From Terriglobia bacterium (GTDB lineage: Bacteria; Acidobacteriota; Terriglobia; 20CM-2-55-15), in NCBI GenBank assembly GCA_965247425.1, contig OZ252023.1:4064575-4128574 (forward strand): a stretch of DNA of 64,000 bases. Reading direction: 5' to 3'. A program made the position numbers and the translations under genes. Below, in pieces: positions 31,493 through 41,709 of this stretch (its first letter is position 1; each line of letters starts with the position of its first letter). A model generated the notes under the pieces. That model saw only the letters and a program-made list of their open reading frames with translations, was not told where the DNA came from and did no database searches.

Positions 31493-31522
31493 AAAAGGGT
31501 GACTTCGGTCACCCTTTTGTTG
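31493..31522. terminator. bidirectional rho-independent terminator between convergent genes
   Basis: AAAAAGGGTGAC-TTCG-GTCACCCTTTTTG: perfect stem with A/T runs on both sides. Confidence 0.75.
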
Positions 31523-31609
31523 TTGCCTGCTGTTAGCGGTTGGCTTTTGGCTATTAGCTTTGGGCCGGTCTGAAAGCCAACAGCTAAGAGCTAACAGCCG
31601 AAAGCTCAC

Positions 31610-32359
31610 CTACAACGAGAAGCTGAAGTTCACGACTACGTCTTCGCTGTCTCCCACGGTGACTTCCGCCGTCCTTGTCCCAAAAACCTCGTGCCAGGCT
31701 TCCAGGGTGTAGGTTCCGGGTGGCAGGTTCGGGAGTTCGAATGAACCGTCGGACGGCGTGACCGCGAAGTAGGGGTGGTCGACAACACCGATGTAGGCTT
31801 TCATCCACCCGTGAACATCGCACTTGATCGACACCATCACCTCTTCCTCCTTGAACTGTACCACGCTGACCATGCCGGCCACCGGCTGGCCAAAATTGAA
31901 GCCGGCCTGTTTCTCGGGAGTGGCATGCACGTTGTGAAGCAACGTGTCGCTGTTGAGAACCTGGACCGGTTGGTAGCGTTGGACCCCCAGAACGTGGGGC
32001 ACATAGAGACAACCCATCTGGTCGAACACGGCAGGCTCGGTCGGAACGGCGAACGTCTTGTCGCCAAGGCCCTCGCTGATGTGGATGAAGACGTTTCCCA
32101 GCCGGCCGTCAAGCACGAGAACCGAGTCGTCGCGGGGAGGCTCGTCATGCTGTGCAGCGCAGCCGGGGAAGCCGCCCAGGGCCAGGCCCGCGGACTCTGG
32201 CACCTGTCCGGTGAACGCGACGGTCCCGCGAATCGTCCCGACCGTGCTGGAATCGATAGGGGTCGGTGTCCGGACCGGAATCTCAAGGGGCTCCTCGGCG
32301 CAAGCCGAAACCGTGATCCAGACAGCGGCCAGAACGAACGAGACAAGAATCTGCTTCAT
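31610..32359 (-). CDS. lipoprotein with cupredoxin-like Cu-ligand spacing and a carboxypeptidase-regulatory-like C-domain
   Basis: Lipobox (…ITVSAC). H-x~40-C-x2-H-x2-M (HNVH…CDVHGWM) resembles type-1 copper ligands. C-terminus is CarbopepD_reg-like (GTYTLEAWHE). Confidence 0.45.
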   Translation of the reverse strand: MKQILVSFVLAAVWITVSACAEEPLEIPVRTPTPIDSSTVGTIRGTVAFTGQVPESAGLALGGFPGCAAQHDEPPRDDSVLVLDGRLGNVFIHISEGLGDKTFAVPTEPAVFDQMGCLYVPHVLGVQRYQPVQVLNSDTLLHNVHATPEKQAGFNFGQPVAGMVSVVQFKEEEVMVSIKCDVHGWMKAYIGVVDHPYFAVTPSDGSFELPNLPPGTYTLEAWHEVFGTRTAEVTVGDSEDVVVNFSFSL

Positions 32360-32482
32360 GGGCGTAATACCGCTCCTCTCATGCATTATACAAGTCAACT
32401 CGGCAGCCGATGGCGGAAGTCTTGCATCCGTCTCGAACCCCCAACTCTGTCTCGGGTCGGCGTATAATCGCTGACCAGTTAT

Positions 32483-33940
32483 ATGAAGATCGCAACATCG
32501 GAAATCGAGCCTCGGGTTTTGATCGTAGGGGCGGGAACCACAGGGCGAGAGCTCCTCCGCCGACTGGTCACTATCTGGCGTGTGTCCATCGTTGACAGCG
32601 ACTTAACAAAGTTGGATCTAATCGGCGACGAAGTGGACCCGGATCGGATTCGGAAAACCCACGGCGACGGCACAAGCAGACTCGTCCTCGAAGAGGCAGG
32701 GATCGAGCACGTCGACTACGTCGCCGCGATCACGGGCTTGGACAAGGCGAATCTGGAGATCTGCCGGCTGGCCCGGGAAGACTACGATAAGACGAACCTC
32801 TTTGCCTCCGTCGTCAAGTTCGCCGAACGGGAAAGATACCGGCAGGCGAACATCGATTTCGTCACGCCCTCATACGCCGCCGCCCTCAACCTGGAGACCC
32901 GAATCCTGCATGGAGTGGGGACCTCTTTGAACACGGGTGAGGGGCGCGGAGAGGTGATCGAGATCACGGTATTGTCATCCTCCCCGATGATCGGACGGCC
33001 TCTGTCCTCTGTTCGATCCCGACGCTGGCATGTAGGCGCTATCTATCGCGGGGGCAAGCTGATCGTACCGAACGGACCGACGACGATCGAACAGGACGAT
33101 CGCGTGATCCTGATCGGCGAGCCGGAAATTCTACGGGCCATCGGAGACTTCTTCCGGATCGGCGAGCCGGAGTTTCCCCTCGAATTCGGGTCGAACTTTC
33201 ATGTGATGACCGAGAGTTCAACCGACTTCGAACATGTCGTCGGAGAGCTGCGCTACCTGCTGGACCACAGTCACGCACGGGGCGTCGAAGTCCTGTACTG
33301 GCCGCATGAACCGGGCATCCAGCCCGCCCTTCTGCGAATCCTCAAAGATCACCGGATTGAAGCGTCCACGCTGGCCGTTTTTGGCGGATACGGAGATGTG
33401 GCCGCAAAGCACGTCGTAACGAAAGACTGCGGGTGCCTCATCGTTCCAGACGAACGCTTTCGATTCCTCGAGCGCGTCGGGCTTCGAAGGACCGCCCTGG
33501 CAGAGATCTTCAAGCAGATGGAATCGCCTGTCGTCGTACTGCGGGGAAGCCACCCCTATCGCAAGATCCTGCTTCCGGTCACCGAGTCCGAATCCTCCAT
33601 GCGGATGGCGCGGATGGCGTTCGATCTGGCTCGAATCTATAAGGCAAGCATCACGATCGTTACCGTGACGGCGCCTCGCTTCGTCGTCGGGTTCCGCGCG
33701 GTCGAGGATCAAAAGGCCGCACTCCGGAAGATCAACCACCTGGCGAACCTGTATCACGTCGAGGTCGAACAGATCCACCTGGAGGGAAACCCGATCGAGG
33801 AAGTGCTCAAGCTCTCGGCCGACTATCAATTGATGGTCCTCTCTCACGGAAAGGACAGAAAGCCGTCGTTCTTCAACCCGGACGCGAGCCAACACCTCGT
33901 GCGACGTTCCACGATCACGACGTTCGTCCTCCCCGTCTAA
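32483..33940 (+). CDS. TrkA-N/TrkA-C (RCK) regulatory protein fused to universal stress protein domains
   Basis: NAD-binding VLIVGAGTTGRELLRRL. RCK_C region. C-terminal UspA-like domains. Confidence 0.7.
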   Translation: MKIATSEIEPRVLIVGAGTTGRELLRRLVTIWRVSIVDSDLTKLDLIGDEVDPDRIRKTHGDGTSRLVLEEAGIEHVDYVAAITGLDKANLEICRLAREDYDKTNLFASVVKFAERERYRQANIDFVTPSYAAALNLETRILHGVGTSLNTGEGRGEVIEITVLSSSPMIGRPLSSVRSRRWHVGAIYRGGKLIVPNGPTTIEQDDRVILIGEPEILRAIGDFFRIGEPEFPLEFGSNFHVMTESSTDFEHVVGELRYLLDHSHARGVEVLYWPHEPGIQPALLRILKDHRIEASTLAVFGGYGDVAAKHVVTKDCGCLIVPDERFRFLERVGLRRTALAEIFKQMESPVVVLRGSHPYRKILLPVTESESSMRMARMAFDLARIYKASITIVTVTAPRFVVGFRAVEDQKAALRKINHLANLYHVEVEQIHLEGNPIEEVLKLSADYQLMVLSHGKDRKPSFFNPDASQHLVRRSTITTFVLPV

Positions 33941-35115
33941 TGGAAGTCTCTCAGGCCATCACCCTGCTGGTGATCTCGATCGGAGCGTTCGTCGTCCCGT
34001 TGCTGAGCGGACGCCTGGGTGTACCGGCCGCCGTTGGAGAGATCGTCTTCGGAATGCTGGTCGGCCCGTACTTGCTCGGGATCGTCTCGGAAACTGAATT
34101 CTTCGGGTTTATTGCCGAGTTCGGGTTTGCGTTCCTGATGTTTCTGGCCGGGCTTGAACTGGATTTTACGAGCCTGGAACGCCGCGGCAAACACCTCGTC
34201 GCGGTGAGCGTCATGGTGTCGGTCAGTGTTCTGGGACTCGCATTCTTCACGGCCTATCAGCGGGGATGGTCTCCCTTTTTCGGAATCGTTCTGGGAGCGA
34301 TGTCCATCGGTATCGTTCTGGTCAGCCTCCGGGAAACCGGGGCGGCCCGGTCGGATTTCGGGCAAACCATCATTCTGGTCGGCTCGATCGGCGAGTTCCT
34401 GACGATGATCATCGCCACGTTCTACAACATCGTTTTCACTTTCGGATTCAGCGTGGCGATCGTTGGGGAGGTCTTCCGGATCGGAGCGGTTTTTGCGGTC
34501 GCGTATCTCGTGTTGAAGATTCTCGGCCTGCTGGTGTGGTGGTACCCCGCGGGGTTCTCGAGGATGATTGAAATCGAAGACCCGTCGGAGATAGGGGTCC
34601 GGGCGGGCCTCGCGCTGATGATTGCTTTCGTCGCGATATCGGAACTGATGGGCATGGAAGCCATCCTGGGTGCGTTTCTTGCCGGCGCCCTGTTCTCGTT
34701 CGTTTTTCGGGAAAAGGGCATTCTCGAAACCAAGCTCGCCGGAATCGGGCAGGGTTTTTTCATACCGGTTTTCTTCATCCATGTCGGCGTGAGCTTTAAC
34801 CTGGGAGCCCTCCGCAGCCCCGAGATCATTCCGTTACTGATCCAGCTTCTGGTGCTCTCATTCCTCGTAAAAGCAATCGCCTCCCTGCTGCTCGTCATCA
34901 TGCGCTTCGGCCTGCGGCAACTCGCCGGCGCCGCCCTGCTCCTGGCAACGCCCCTGACGCTCCTAGTGGCAATCGCCACGCTCGGCCTCGAACTGGGAGC
35001 CCTGACGGAGCTGGAGAGCGCCACGATCATCCTGGCCGCCCTCATATCGGGCCTGGTGTTCCCGACCCTGTTCAAGTTGATTGTGCCGAGGGAAGGAACG
35101 GCAGGGGAAGAATAG
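33940..35115 (+). CDS. cation:proton antiporter (CPA2/Kef-type)
   Basis: 391 aa, roughly 11-12 TM helices. Typical Na_H_exchanger composition. Start overlaps the stop of the upstream RCK gene. Confidence 0.75.
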   Translation: MEVSQAITLLVISIGAFVVPLLSGRLGVPAAVGEIVFGMLVGPYLLGIVSETEFFGFIAEFGFAFLMFLAGLELDFTSLERRGKHLVAVSVMVSVSVLGLAFFTAYQRGWSPFFGIVLGAMSIGIVLVSLRETGAARSDFGQTIILVGSIGEFLTMIIATFYNIVFTFGFSVAIVGEVFRIGAVFAVAYLVLKILGLLVWWYPAGFSRMIEIEDPSEIGVRAGLALMIAFVAISELMGMEAILGAFLAGALFSFVFREKGILETKLAGIGQGFFIPVFFIHVGVSFNLGALRSPEIIPLLIQLLVLSFLVKAIASLLLVIMRFGLRQLAGAALLLATPLTLLVAIATLGLELGALTELESATIILAALISGLVFPTLFKLIVPREGTAGEE

Positions 35116-35316
35116 ACGGGGACTCTCAACGCAAAAACGCGATGACGCAAAGGACGCAAAAGGGAAGAGAGAGTTTTGGTCATCCAGTCATGCACCCGTG
35201 TACGACACCGGTTTCTGGGGACCGTGGTTTGGTGCTCTCAGAAATAAGAATTTTGCGGACTTTGCGACTTAGCGTTTTTGCGTTGAAATCCGGACTGGCC
35301 CCCTTCGCACGTCAAT

Positions 35317-36168
35317 CTACCTGGCGGCGATGATCAAGGGTTGCTTCAGCGTAAATTCGAGCAAGGTTTCAGCTGGGATATAGAGCTGTTCGCCCTTCGT
35401 CAGTACCTGAACGGTACCGGCGGCGCCGGCACCGACGCCCGCACCGATGGCGGCGCCCTTGCCGCCTCCGGCGATAAGACCGATCAGTGCGCCGATACCA
35501 GCCGCTTTACCCATTCGGCCGGCTGTCTCGCCGCCGCGAGCTTCGCCGACTTCCTGGTACTCGGCAGTAGTCACCGCGTAGGGGATGCCGTTCACCACGA
35601 TCTGAGACAGTTCGAGACGGAGCTCGGCGGACCCACGGACACGGCCGGCGTCCCGCACTTCGGTTATTCGACCTCGCAGATCCGAACCTCGCGGCGCCAC
35701 CTCGATTCCCCCGACAAGGAGCGGCTCGGCCAACGTTGCCGTAAACGTCTGACCGGCCTTGTCTGATTCGCTGTCGATGCTGTCGATCATCCGGATCCGA
35801 ACGTGGGAACCTGTGGGAACAGTGTAGGCCGTAGCGGCCACACTGTCGGCCTTAGGGGGGGCGGCCGCCTCCGCTTTCGATCTGAGACGCGGGCCGTCGG
35901 GTCGCTCGGGTGCAGGAGCGACAAGCTTCGGCCGAGGCGCCGCGTCGGCGACCACATCATCGTTTCCAAAAAGGATTCGGGTGACGCCAAGAAGGTTGTA
36001 GTCGGCAACGCCGGCTTCGGTGCGGAAGCGAATAACGCGCGCCGTTCCACCCTCGTAGTAGCCCTTAATCTGCTCGCCGCTCTTCAGGATCAATGTGTCG
36101 GAAAAGCCCGTCACCGCAAGCGACATCAGGGCCACCACGCAAAACATGTGTTTGATAACTGTCTTCAT
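35317..36168 (-). CDS. secreted glycine-zipper domain protein
   Basis: Signal peptide. C-terminal GALIGLIAGGGKGAAIGAGVGAGAAG glycine zipper. Confidence 0.5.
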   Translation of the reverse strand: MKTVIKHMFCVVALMSLAVTGFSDTLILKSGEQIKGYYEGGTARVIRFRTEAGVADYNLLGVTRILFGNDDVVADAAPRPKLVAPAPERPDGPRLRSKAEAAAPPKADSVAATAYTVPTGSHVRIRMIDSIDSESDKAGQTFTATLAEPLLVGGIEVAPRGSDLRGRITEVRDAGRVRGSAELRLELSQIVVNGIPYAVTTAEYQEVGEARGGETAGRMGKAAGIGALIGLIAGGGKGAAIGAGVGAGAAGTVQVLTKGEQLYIPAETLLEFTLKQPLIIAAR

Positions 36169-36327
36169 CGATCCCCCTCATCGAAGTTTGGCGCTGGTCA
36201 GACTGAGACCTACGGTGGTTAGACGGAGTCCAGCCAGGAAAGTTTACAATCCGATTGCGCCAGGTCAGGACCACTGAATCCCGCATCTCCGGATCACGGG
36301 AACGAAAAATATGGGAGGTACTATTCT

Positions 36328-36669
36328 ATGTGCCTGTCCTGGCACGAACACGCGAAGGTTCGATCCGGCCTCATCGAAGGCGAGGAAACCAAAGACCTCG
36401 GTTTCGATGATCCGGACTTTGTCCTCCACGCGCTGCGCCACACAATGCTCACCCGACTTGGCGAATCCGGTGCGGATCCGTATACAATCATGAAGATCGC
36501 CGGCCACTCGTCGATCATCGTCAGTCAGCGTTACGTTCACCCGACACCGGAACGAATGGAGTCGGCGTTCGCGCAGATGGAAACGATGAATCAGATCATG
36601 CGGGGTGACGAAGAAGCCGGCGGAATGCTCGGGGTACCTACGGAATCCAATAACAACGACAGGTCCTGA
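36328..36669 (+). pseudogene. tyrosine recombinase/phage integrase, C-terminal catalytic fragment only
   Basis: HALRHTMLTRLGESGADPYTIMKIAGHSSIIVSQRYVHP = integrase box II (H-x-x-R…Y). The N-terminal ~250 aa are absent. Lies 11 bp upstream of a tRNA gene. Confidence 0.7.
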
Positions 36670-36680
36670 GCTGTAAGTTC

Positions 36681-36754
<74 letters not shown>

Positions 36755-37061
36755 CTTCGAGCGAGACCGGGCGGCGGCTCATTCCGCCCCCCGAAACCCC
36801 ACCCAACCGGCACCTGCGGACGAGTTATTTTCGCGCAAGTTCTGCGCAAATGGTGCGTCGACCCACAGGTGTTCCGGGGCTCGAAGTTTCGTGTCTCGAA
36901 AGTGACCAATGACCTCGAAACCCATTGTTTAAAGGCGCTTAAAACCCCCACCCCCCCGAAATAGACCCACTTTACTCACAGGTGTTTCATGTTATAGTCA
37001 GACGTTGGGTAGGGCGTCAAACCCCCCCATACACTAGGTCTGATCTTAAAAAGGAGATCAC

Positions 37062-38915
37062 GTGTCCCAGCAATCCACTCAAACAGCCGTGGTTGACGAA
37101 GAAGGTGGAGAAGGAGGGGGTCCCGTCGTAAACGATCTCAGCATACAGGTAGCGACCGTCAACGGTTCCGGAAGCCAATCCGCGAACTCGGTGCTGATTC
37201 GATCGATTTTTCAGATGGGAATCCCCGTCAGCGGCAAGAACCTGTTTCCCTCCAACATTGCAGGTCTTCCGACCTGGTTCACGATTCGGGCGAACAAAGA
37301 CGGCTGGATAGCCAACCGGAAGGAACTTGATGTCGTCATCGCGATGAACTCCCAGACGGCTCGCGAGGACGTCATGAATCTCGGGCCGGGGAAAGTCGTT
37401 GTGTATGAGGAAAAGCTCGGCCTTTCCTCCGTGCGTGACGATCTTATTTTTTACCCGGTTCCTTTCGCTAAGCTCGCGACTGAAGTCAGCTCGGACTCCC
37501 GACTGCGAAAACTCCTGGCCAACATGCTCTATGTCGGTGTCGTCGGCGAGTTGCTCCAGATCGAGATGGCCGAGATCGAAAGCGCCGTCGCCAAGCAGTT
37601 CAAAGGGAAGGCCAAGGCGATCGAACTGAACCTGAAAACCATCGAAATAGGGGCACGGTACGCGAAGGAACACCTTCCGAAGCTGGATCCCTTCCATTGC
37701 GAACGGATAGACAAGACGCGCGGCAAGATCCTTATCGACGGAAACTCGGCTTGTGCCCTGGGTGCGATGTTCGCTGGCGTAACGGTCGCGATCTGGTACC
37801 CGATCACGCCATCATCGTCTGTTGTCGAAAGTCTGACCGGCTACATGAAGCAATACCGTCACGACGAAGACGGGAAGGCCACCTACGCCATCGTTCAGGC
37901 GGAAGACGAACTCGCCGCGGTCGGCATGGCTATAGGCGCAGGCTGGGCTGGCGCTCGCTCGATGACCTCTACGTCGGGTCCGGGCATCTCGCTGATGGCG
38001 GAGTTTGTCGGCTTTGCCTACTATGCCGAGGTCCCGATCGTGATCTACGATGTCACACGGGTGGGTCCCAGTACCGGGCTGCCCACCAGGACCCAGCAAT
38101 CCGATATTCTGTCACTGGCGTTCCTCTCTCACGGAGACACCAAGCACATCGTGCTCATACCGGGCAGCGTCGAGGAATGTTTCTCCATGTCGATCGATTC
38201 GTTCGACCTGGCCGAAAGGTTCCAGACACCGGTGTTTGTCATGTCCGATCTGGATCTGGGCATGAACAACTGGATGTCCGACCAGTTCGATTATCCGACC
38301 AGGAAGCTTGATCGCGGCAAAGTGTTGAGCAAGGAAGACCTCGACCGCATCGGCAAGTTCGAACGTTACCGGGACGTTGACGGGGACGCGATTCCCTACC
38401 GAACTCTTCCGGGAACCGACCACCCTCTGGCGTCCTACTTCACACGCGGGAGCGGGCACGACGAGGCCGCAGCTTACAGCGAACGCCCCGAAGACTATCA
38501 GAACAATGTGGACCGGCTGAACCGCAAGTACGACACAGCCCGAAAACACGTTCCGCGCCCTGTGATCGACTACGCGGAGGATTCGCGGGTGGGTATTCTG
38601 GCGTTCGGGAGCAGTGACGTCGCAATCGGCGAGTCCCGCGTGCAGCTGGAAAGGGAGATTGGCCTGACGACGCACTACTCCAGGCTGCGGGCGATTCCGT
38701 TTACGAGTGACCTCGGGGAATTCTTCGAGCGATGTGATCGCGTCTATGTCGTCGAACAAAACCGCGACGCTCAGATGGCGATACTGATCAAACTGGATCT
38801 TCCGATTGAGCAGGCCGCGAAGATTCGAAACATACTCCATTACGACGGGATTCCGATCGATGCAAGATTCGTGACGGACCAACTCATCGAAGCGGAAAGA
38901 GGAGAGGGAAACTAA
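37062..38915 (+). CDS. korA: 2-oxoacid:ferredoxin oxidoreductase alpha subunit (KorA-type, alpha/gamma fusion)
   Basis: 617 aa, OFOR alpha architecture. Followed with start/stop overlap by the TPP-binding beta subunit. Confidence 0.8.
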   Translation: MSQQSTQTAVVDEEGGEGGGPVVNDLSIQVATVNGSGSQSANSVLIRSIFQMGIPVSGKNLFPSNIAGLPTWFTIRANKDGWIANRKELDVVIAMNSQTAREDVMNLGPGKVVVYEEKLGLSSVRDDLIFYPVPFAKLATEVSSDSRLRKLLANMLYVGVVGELLQIEMAEIESAVAKQFKGKAKAIELNLKTIEIGARYAKEHLPKLDPFHCERIDKTRGKILIDGNSACALGAMFAGVTVAIWYPITPSSSVVESLTGYMKQYRHDEDGKATYAIVQAEDELAAVGMAIGAGWAGARSMTSTSGPGISLMAEFVGFAYYAEVPIVIYDVTRVGPSTGLPTRTQQSDILSLAFLSHGDTKHIVLIPGSVEECFSMSIDSFDLAERFQTPVFVMSDLDLGMNNWMSDQFDYPTRKLDRGKVLSKEDLDRIGKFERYRDVDGDAIPYRTLPGTDHPLASYFTRGSGHDEAAAYSERPEDYQNNVDRLNRKYDTARKHVPRPVIDYAEDSRVGILAFGSSDVAIGESRVQLEREIGLTTHYSRLRAIPFTSDLGEFFERCDRVYVVEQNRDAQMAILIKLDLPIEQAAKIRNILHYDGIPIDARFVTDQLIEAERGEGN

Positions 38916-39961
38916 TGTCGACCACGGTGAAGCCTCCGTCCAGGGGGAAGGTCAACCGGCTCGGTCTGAGCATGAAGGAGTACAAGGGCGGCAACTCCAC
39001 CCTCTGTGCCGGTTGTGGCCACGACGCCATCACGAGTCAGATCATCAAGTCCTTCTGGGAGTACGGTGTGGAACCGCACCGCCTGGCAAAACTGAGCGGC
39101 ATCGGCTGCTCGAGTAAGACTCCAGCGTACTTCGTGAACCAGTCCCACGGCTTGAACGCGGTTCACGGGCGGATGCCGGCAATCGGCACCGGCGCGATGC
39201 TGGCGAACCGGGACCTGCTGGCAATCGGTGTCAGTGGCGACGGCGACAGTGCCTCGATCGGCCTCGGACAGTTCTGCCACCTGCTCCGGCGGAACGTCCC
39301 CTTGATCTACATAATCGAGAACAACGGAGTGTACGGCCTGACAAAGGGTCAGTTCTCGGCGACCGCGGATTTCGGCTCCTCCTCGAAGGGCGGCGAACTG
39401 AACGACCTGCCGGCGATGGACGTTTGCGCCCTGGCTATCCAACTGGGCTGCAACTTCGTCGCGCGATCTTTCGCGGGTGATCCCAAACAATTGAACGCCC
39501 TGTTGAAGGCGGCGATTGCTCATCGTGGGACGGCGTTGCTGGACGTGGTCAGCCCTTGCGTCACGTTCAATAATCACGAAGGATCCACTAAGAGCTACAA
39601 GTACGCCAAGGATAACGAAGAGGTCCTTCATGAGATCGACTTCGTCCCCTTCTTTGAGCAGATCGACGTGGATTACGGGGAAGGCGAATCGATAGACGTC
39701 GAAATGCACGACCAATCGCACATGCGACTGCGCAAATTGCACGAAGGCTACAGCCCAACGGACAAGCTCGCTGCACTGAGAATACTTGCTGAAACCACGT
39801 CCCGCCAGGAACTGCTGACGGGAATGATCTACATCAACGAGGAACAGCCGGATTTTCTGACGCAACTCGAAATGGTCGATCAGCCTCTGGCACATCTGGG
39901 CCCGGACAAGACGCTGCCCGGCCCGGAAGTGTTGGAAGAAGTCATGGCGGGATTGACGTAG
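38915..39961 (+). CDS. korB: 2-oxoacid:ferredoxin oxidoreductase beta subunit (TPP-binding)
   Basis: TPP motif (GDGDSASIG...N) and CxxC-containing N-terminus typical of KorB. Confidence 0.8.
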   Translation: MSTTVKPPSRGKVNRLGLSMKEYKGGNSTLCAGCGHDAITSQIIKSFWEYGVEPHRLAKLSGIGCSSKTPAYFVNQSHGLNAVHGRMPAIGTGAMLANRDLLAIGVSGDGDSASIGLGQFCHLLRRNVPLIYIIENNGVYGLTKGQFSATADFGSSSKGGELNDLPAMDVCALAIQLGCNFVARSFAGDPKQLNALLKAAIAHRGTALLDVVSPCVTFNNHEGSTKSYKYAKDNEEVLHEIDFVPFFEQIDVDYGEGESIDVEMHDQSHMRLRKLHEGYSPTDKLAALRILAETTSRQELLTGMIYINEEQPDFLTQLEMVDQPLAHLGPDKTLPGPEVLEEVMAGLT

Positions 39962-39998
39962 CCGACCGATAACCCGACAAAGCACAACAGAGAAGACG

Positions 39999-40037
39999 AA
40001 CAGGGACAGTCACACCCGACTGTCCCTGTTGTTTTTG
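39999..40037 (+). terminator. rho-independent terminator after korAB
   Basis: GAACAGGGACAGTC-loop-GACTGTCCCTGTT followed by GTTTTT. Confidence 0.7.
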
Positions 40038-40136
40038 GCACCGTGACCCATGTCACAGCACGGGCCACCGCTTCCAGTTAAGCTAGCGACATGGGGTGTT
40101 TATCTTTCTATACCCCAAATCATATCGTGGAGAAAA

Positions 40137-41456
40137 ATGATGCCTTTTTTGACACGTCCCCCCGGAAGGCGCACTCGGAATGCGTGGAAAGCCTCTATCG
40201 TAATCTTGACGATCGGCCTGGTCGCAGGAACCGCCACACTGCGACAGACGGCGATCGGGGCAGCGCAGAATTTCGATCCCGAACTGCTGACCGATCCGAT
40301 TGCCATTCTTCAGGGACAAATCGACCGCGGCGAAGTGGAACTGGATTTCTCCTCTCCCCAGGGGTACCTGGAATCGGTGCTCGAGGTTCCTCTCTCGTCT
40401 CAGACGCTCGTGTTTTCGAAGACCAGCTTCCAGGCCCCCCGGATCTCGCCGGAGTCCCCACGCGCCCTGTATTTCAACGATGACGTTTATATCGGCTGGG
40501 TGAAGGGTGGGCCGGTGGTTGAAATCGCGGCCGTCCATCCGAAGTTCGGGACCATCTTCTACACCCTGGACCAGAAAGAAACGGCCAAACCGCAGTTCGA
40601 GCGGGAGACCGTACGTTGTATCTCGTGTCACCTGCCGGCGCGCTCTCAGATACCGATCCCGCGCCTTCTTGTGATGTCGATCCTTCCGAGTCGCTCCGGC
40701 GATGCCGTGGGCCCCTACGTACTGACCACGACGGACCGGAGCCCGCTTCGAGAACGCTGGGGCGGATCGTACGTCACGGGGACACACGGTGATCAGATTC
40801 ACAGGGGCAACATGATAGTCGGTGGATCGCCCGAAGCAAACGCAGCCGCTATGAAACGCAGTCGGCGCGCCAACGTGACAGACCTGACGGATCGTTTCGA
40901 CACGAAGGACTACCTGACCCGCCACAGCGACATCATCGCCCTGTCCCTGCTGGCCCACCAGTCGGAGGTTCACAACCTGATCGGCGAAGCCAGCCACGCG
41001 ATCCGAATCGCTGTCCGAAGAGAAACCGTGACGGCGCAGGATAAGGGCCATTCCCGCCAGACGATGGCTATCGTAACGGAAATGATAGAACCTTTGCTTC
41101 GAGCCCTCCTGCTATCGGACTCCGCCCCACTGAATGCGACGATCACCGGCTCGACCGATTTCGCGTCCGACTTCGTCGCCAGGGGACCATTCGACAGCCG
41201 CGGACGTTCACTTCGAGACCTGGATCTGGACGGAAAGATTCTTCGATATCCCCTGAGCTACCTGATCTATTCGAATGGGTTCGACGGTATGCCGGTGGTT
41301 GCCAGAGACTATGCCTACCGTCGGCTATGGGAAATTCTGAGCGGCGACAATACGGCTCCGGAGTGGGATCATATTTCCGATGCCGACCGTGTGGCGGTGA
41401 CGGAGATACTCAAAGACACAAAGCCGGATTTCGCAGCCAGTGGCCCAACTCGCTGA
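40137..41456 (+). CDS. hypothetical exported protein with a single CxxCH heme-binding motif
   Basis: Start at MMPFL. N-terminal TM/signal region. CISCH motif. No other family recognised. Confidence 0.4.
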   Translation: MMPFLTRPPGRRTRNAWKASIVILTIGLVAGTATLRQTAIGAAQNFDPELLTDPIAILQGQIDRGEVELDFSSPQGYLESVLEVPLSSQTLVFSKTSFQAPRISPESPRALYFNDDVYIGWVKGGPVVEIAAVHPKFGTIFYTLDQKETAKPQFERETVRCISCHLPARSQIPIPRLLVMSILPSRSGDAVGPYVLTTTDRSPLRERWGGSYVTGTHGDQIHRGNMIVGGSPEANAAAMKRSRRANVTDLTDRFDTKDYLTRHSDIIALSLLAHQSEVHNLIGEASHAIRIAVRRETVTAQDKGHSRQTMAIVTEMIEPLLRALLLSDSAPLNATITGSTDFASDFVARGPFDSRGRSLRDLDLDGKILRYPLSYLIYSNGFDGMPVVARDYAYRRLWEILSGDNTAPEWDHISDADRVAVTEILKDTKPDFAASGPTR

Positions 41457-41546
41457 CACGCACCGGTCGGGGGCGACCGCGATGCGCTATACTCGAATCG
41501 TGGGTTCCGGGGATGTCGCCGAACCCGTATCATCGCAAGAATTTCT

Positions 41547-41620
41547 GGTGAGCGTAGCTCAGTCGGTAGAGCGCTGGATTGTGGCTCCAGTGGTCGCGGG
41601 TTCAATTCCCGTCGCTCACC
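41547..41620 (+). tRNA. tRNA-His (anticodon GTG) with encoded G-1
   Basis: Cloverleaf. Anticodon loop TTGTGGC. Extra 5' G pairing with the discriminator C. Confidence 0.85.
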
Positions 41621-41709
41621 CTTTCACTTGAACAATTTATGAGGGAAGGGATCGACGGCAAGACTGGAGCCAGCAGGCAGACACGCCCAGTTACCGTCGA
41701 CTTTGGCTC

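Noticed and set aside
31527-31600. Second long imperfect hairpin (GCTGTTAGCGGTTGGCTTT … AAAGCCAAC…GCTAACAGC) next to the 31493 terminator
   Set aside because: Real inverted repeat but no U-run; probably an accessory 3'-end structure; not called a separate element.
33937-34782. 281-aa minus-strand ORF
   Set aside because: Antisense to the CPA2 antiporter; charged low-complexity sequence.
38912-39985. 357-aa minus-strand ORF
   Set aside because: Antisense to korB, which has unambiguous TPP-enzyme motifs.
41369-41631. Small ORFs overlapping tRNA-His on both strands
   Set aside because: Explained by the tRNA gene.
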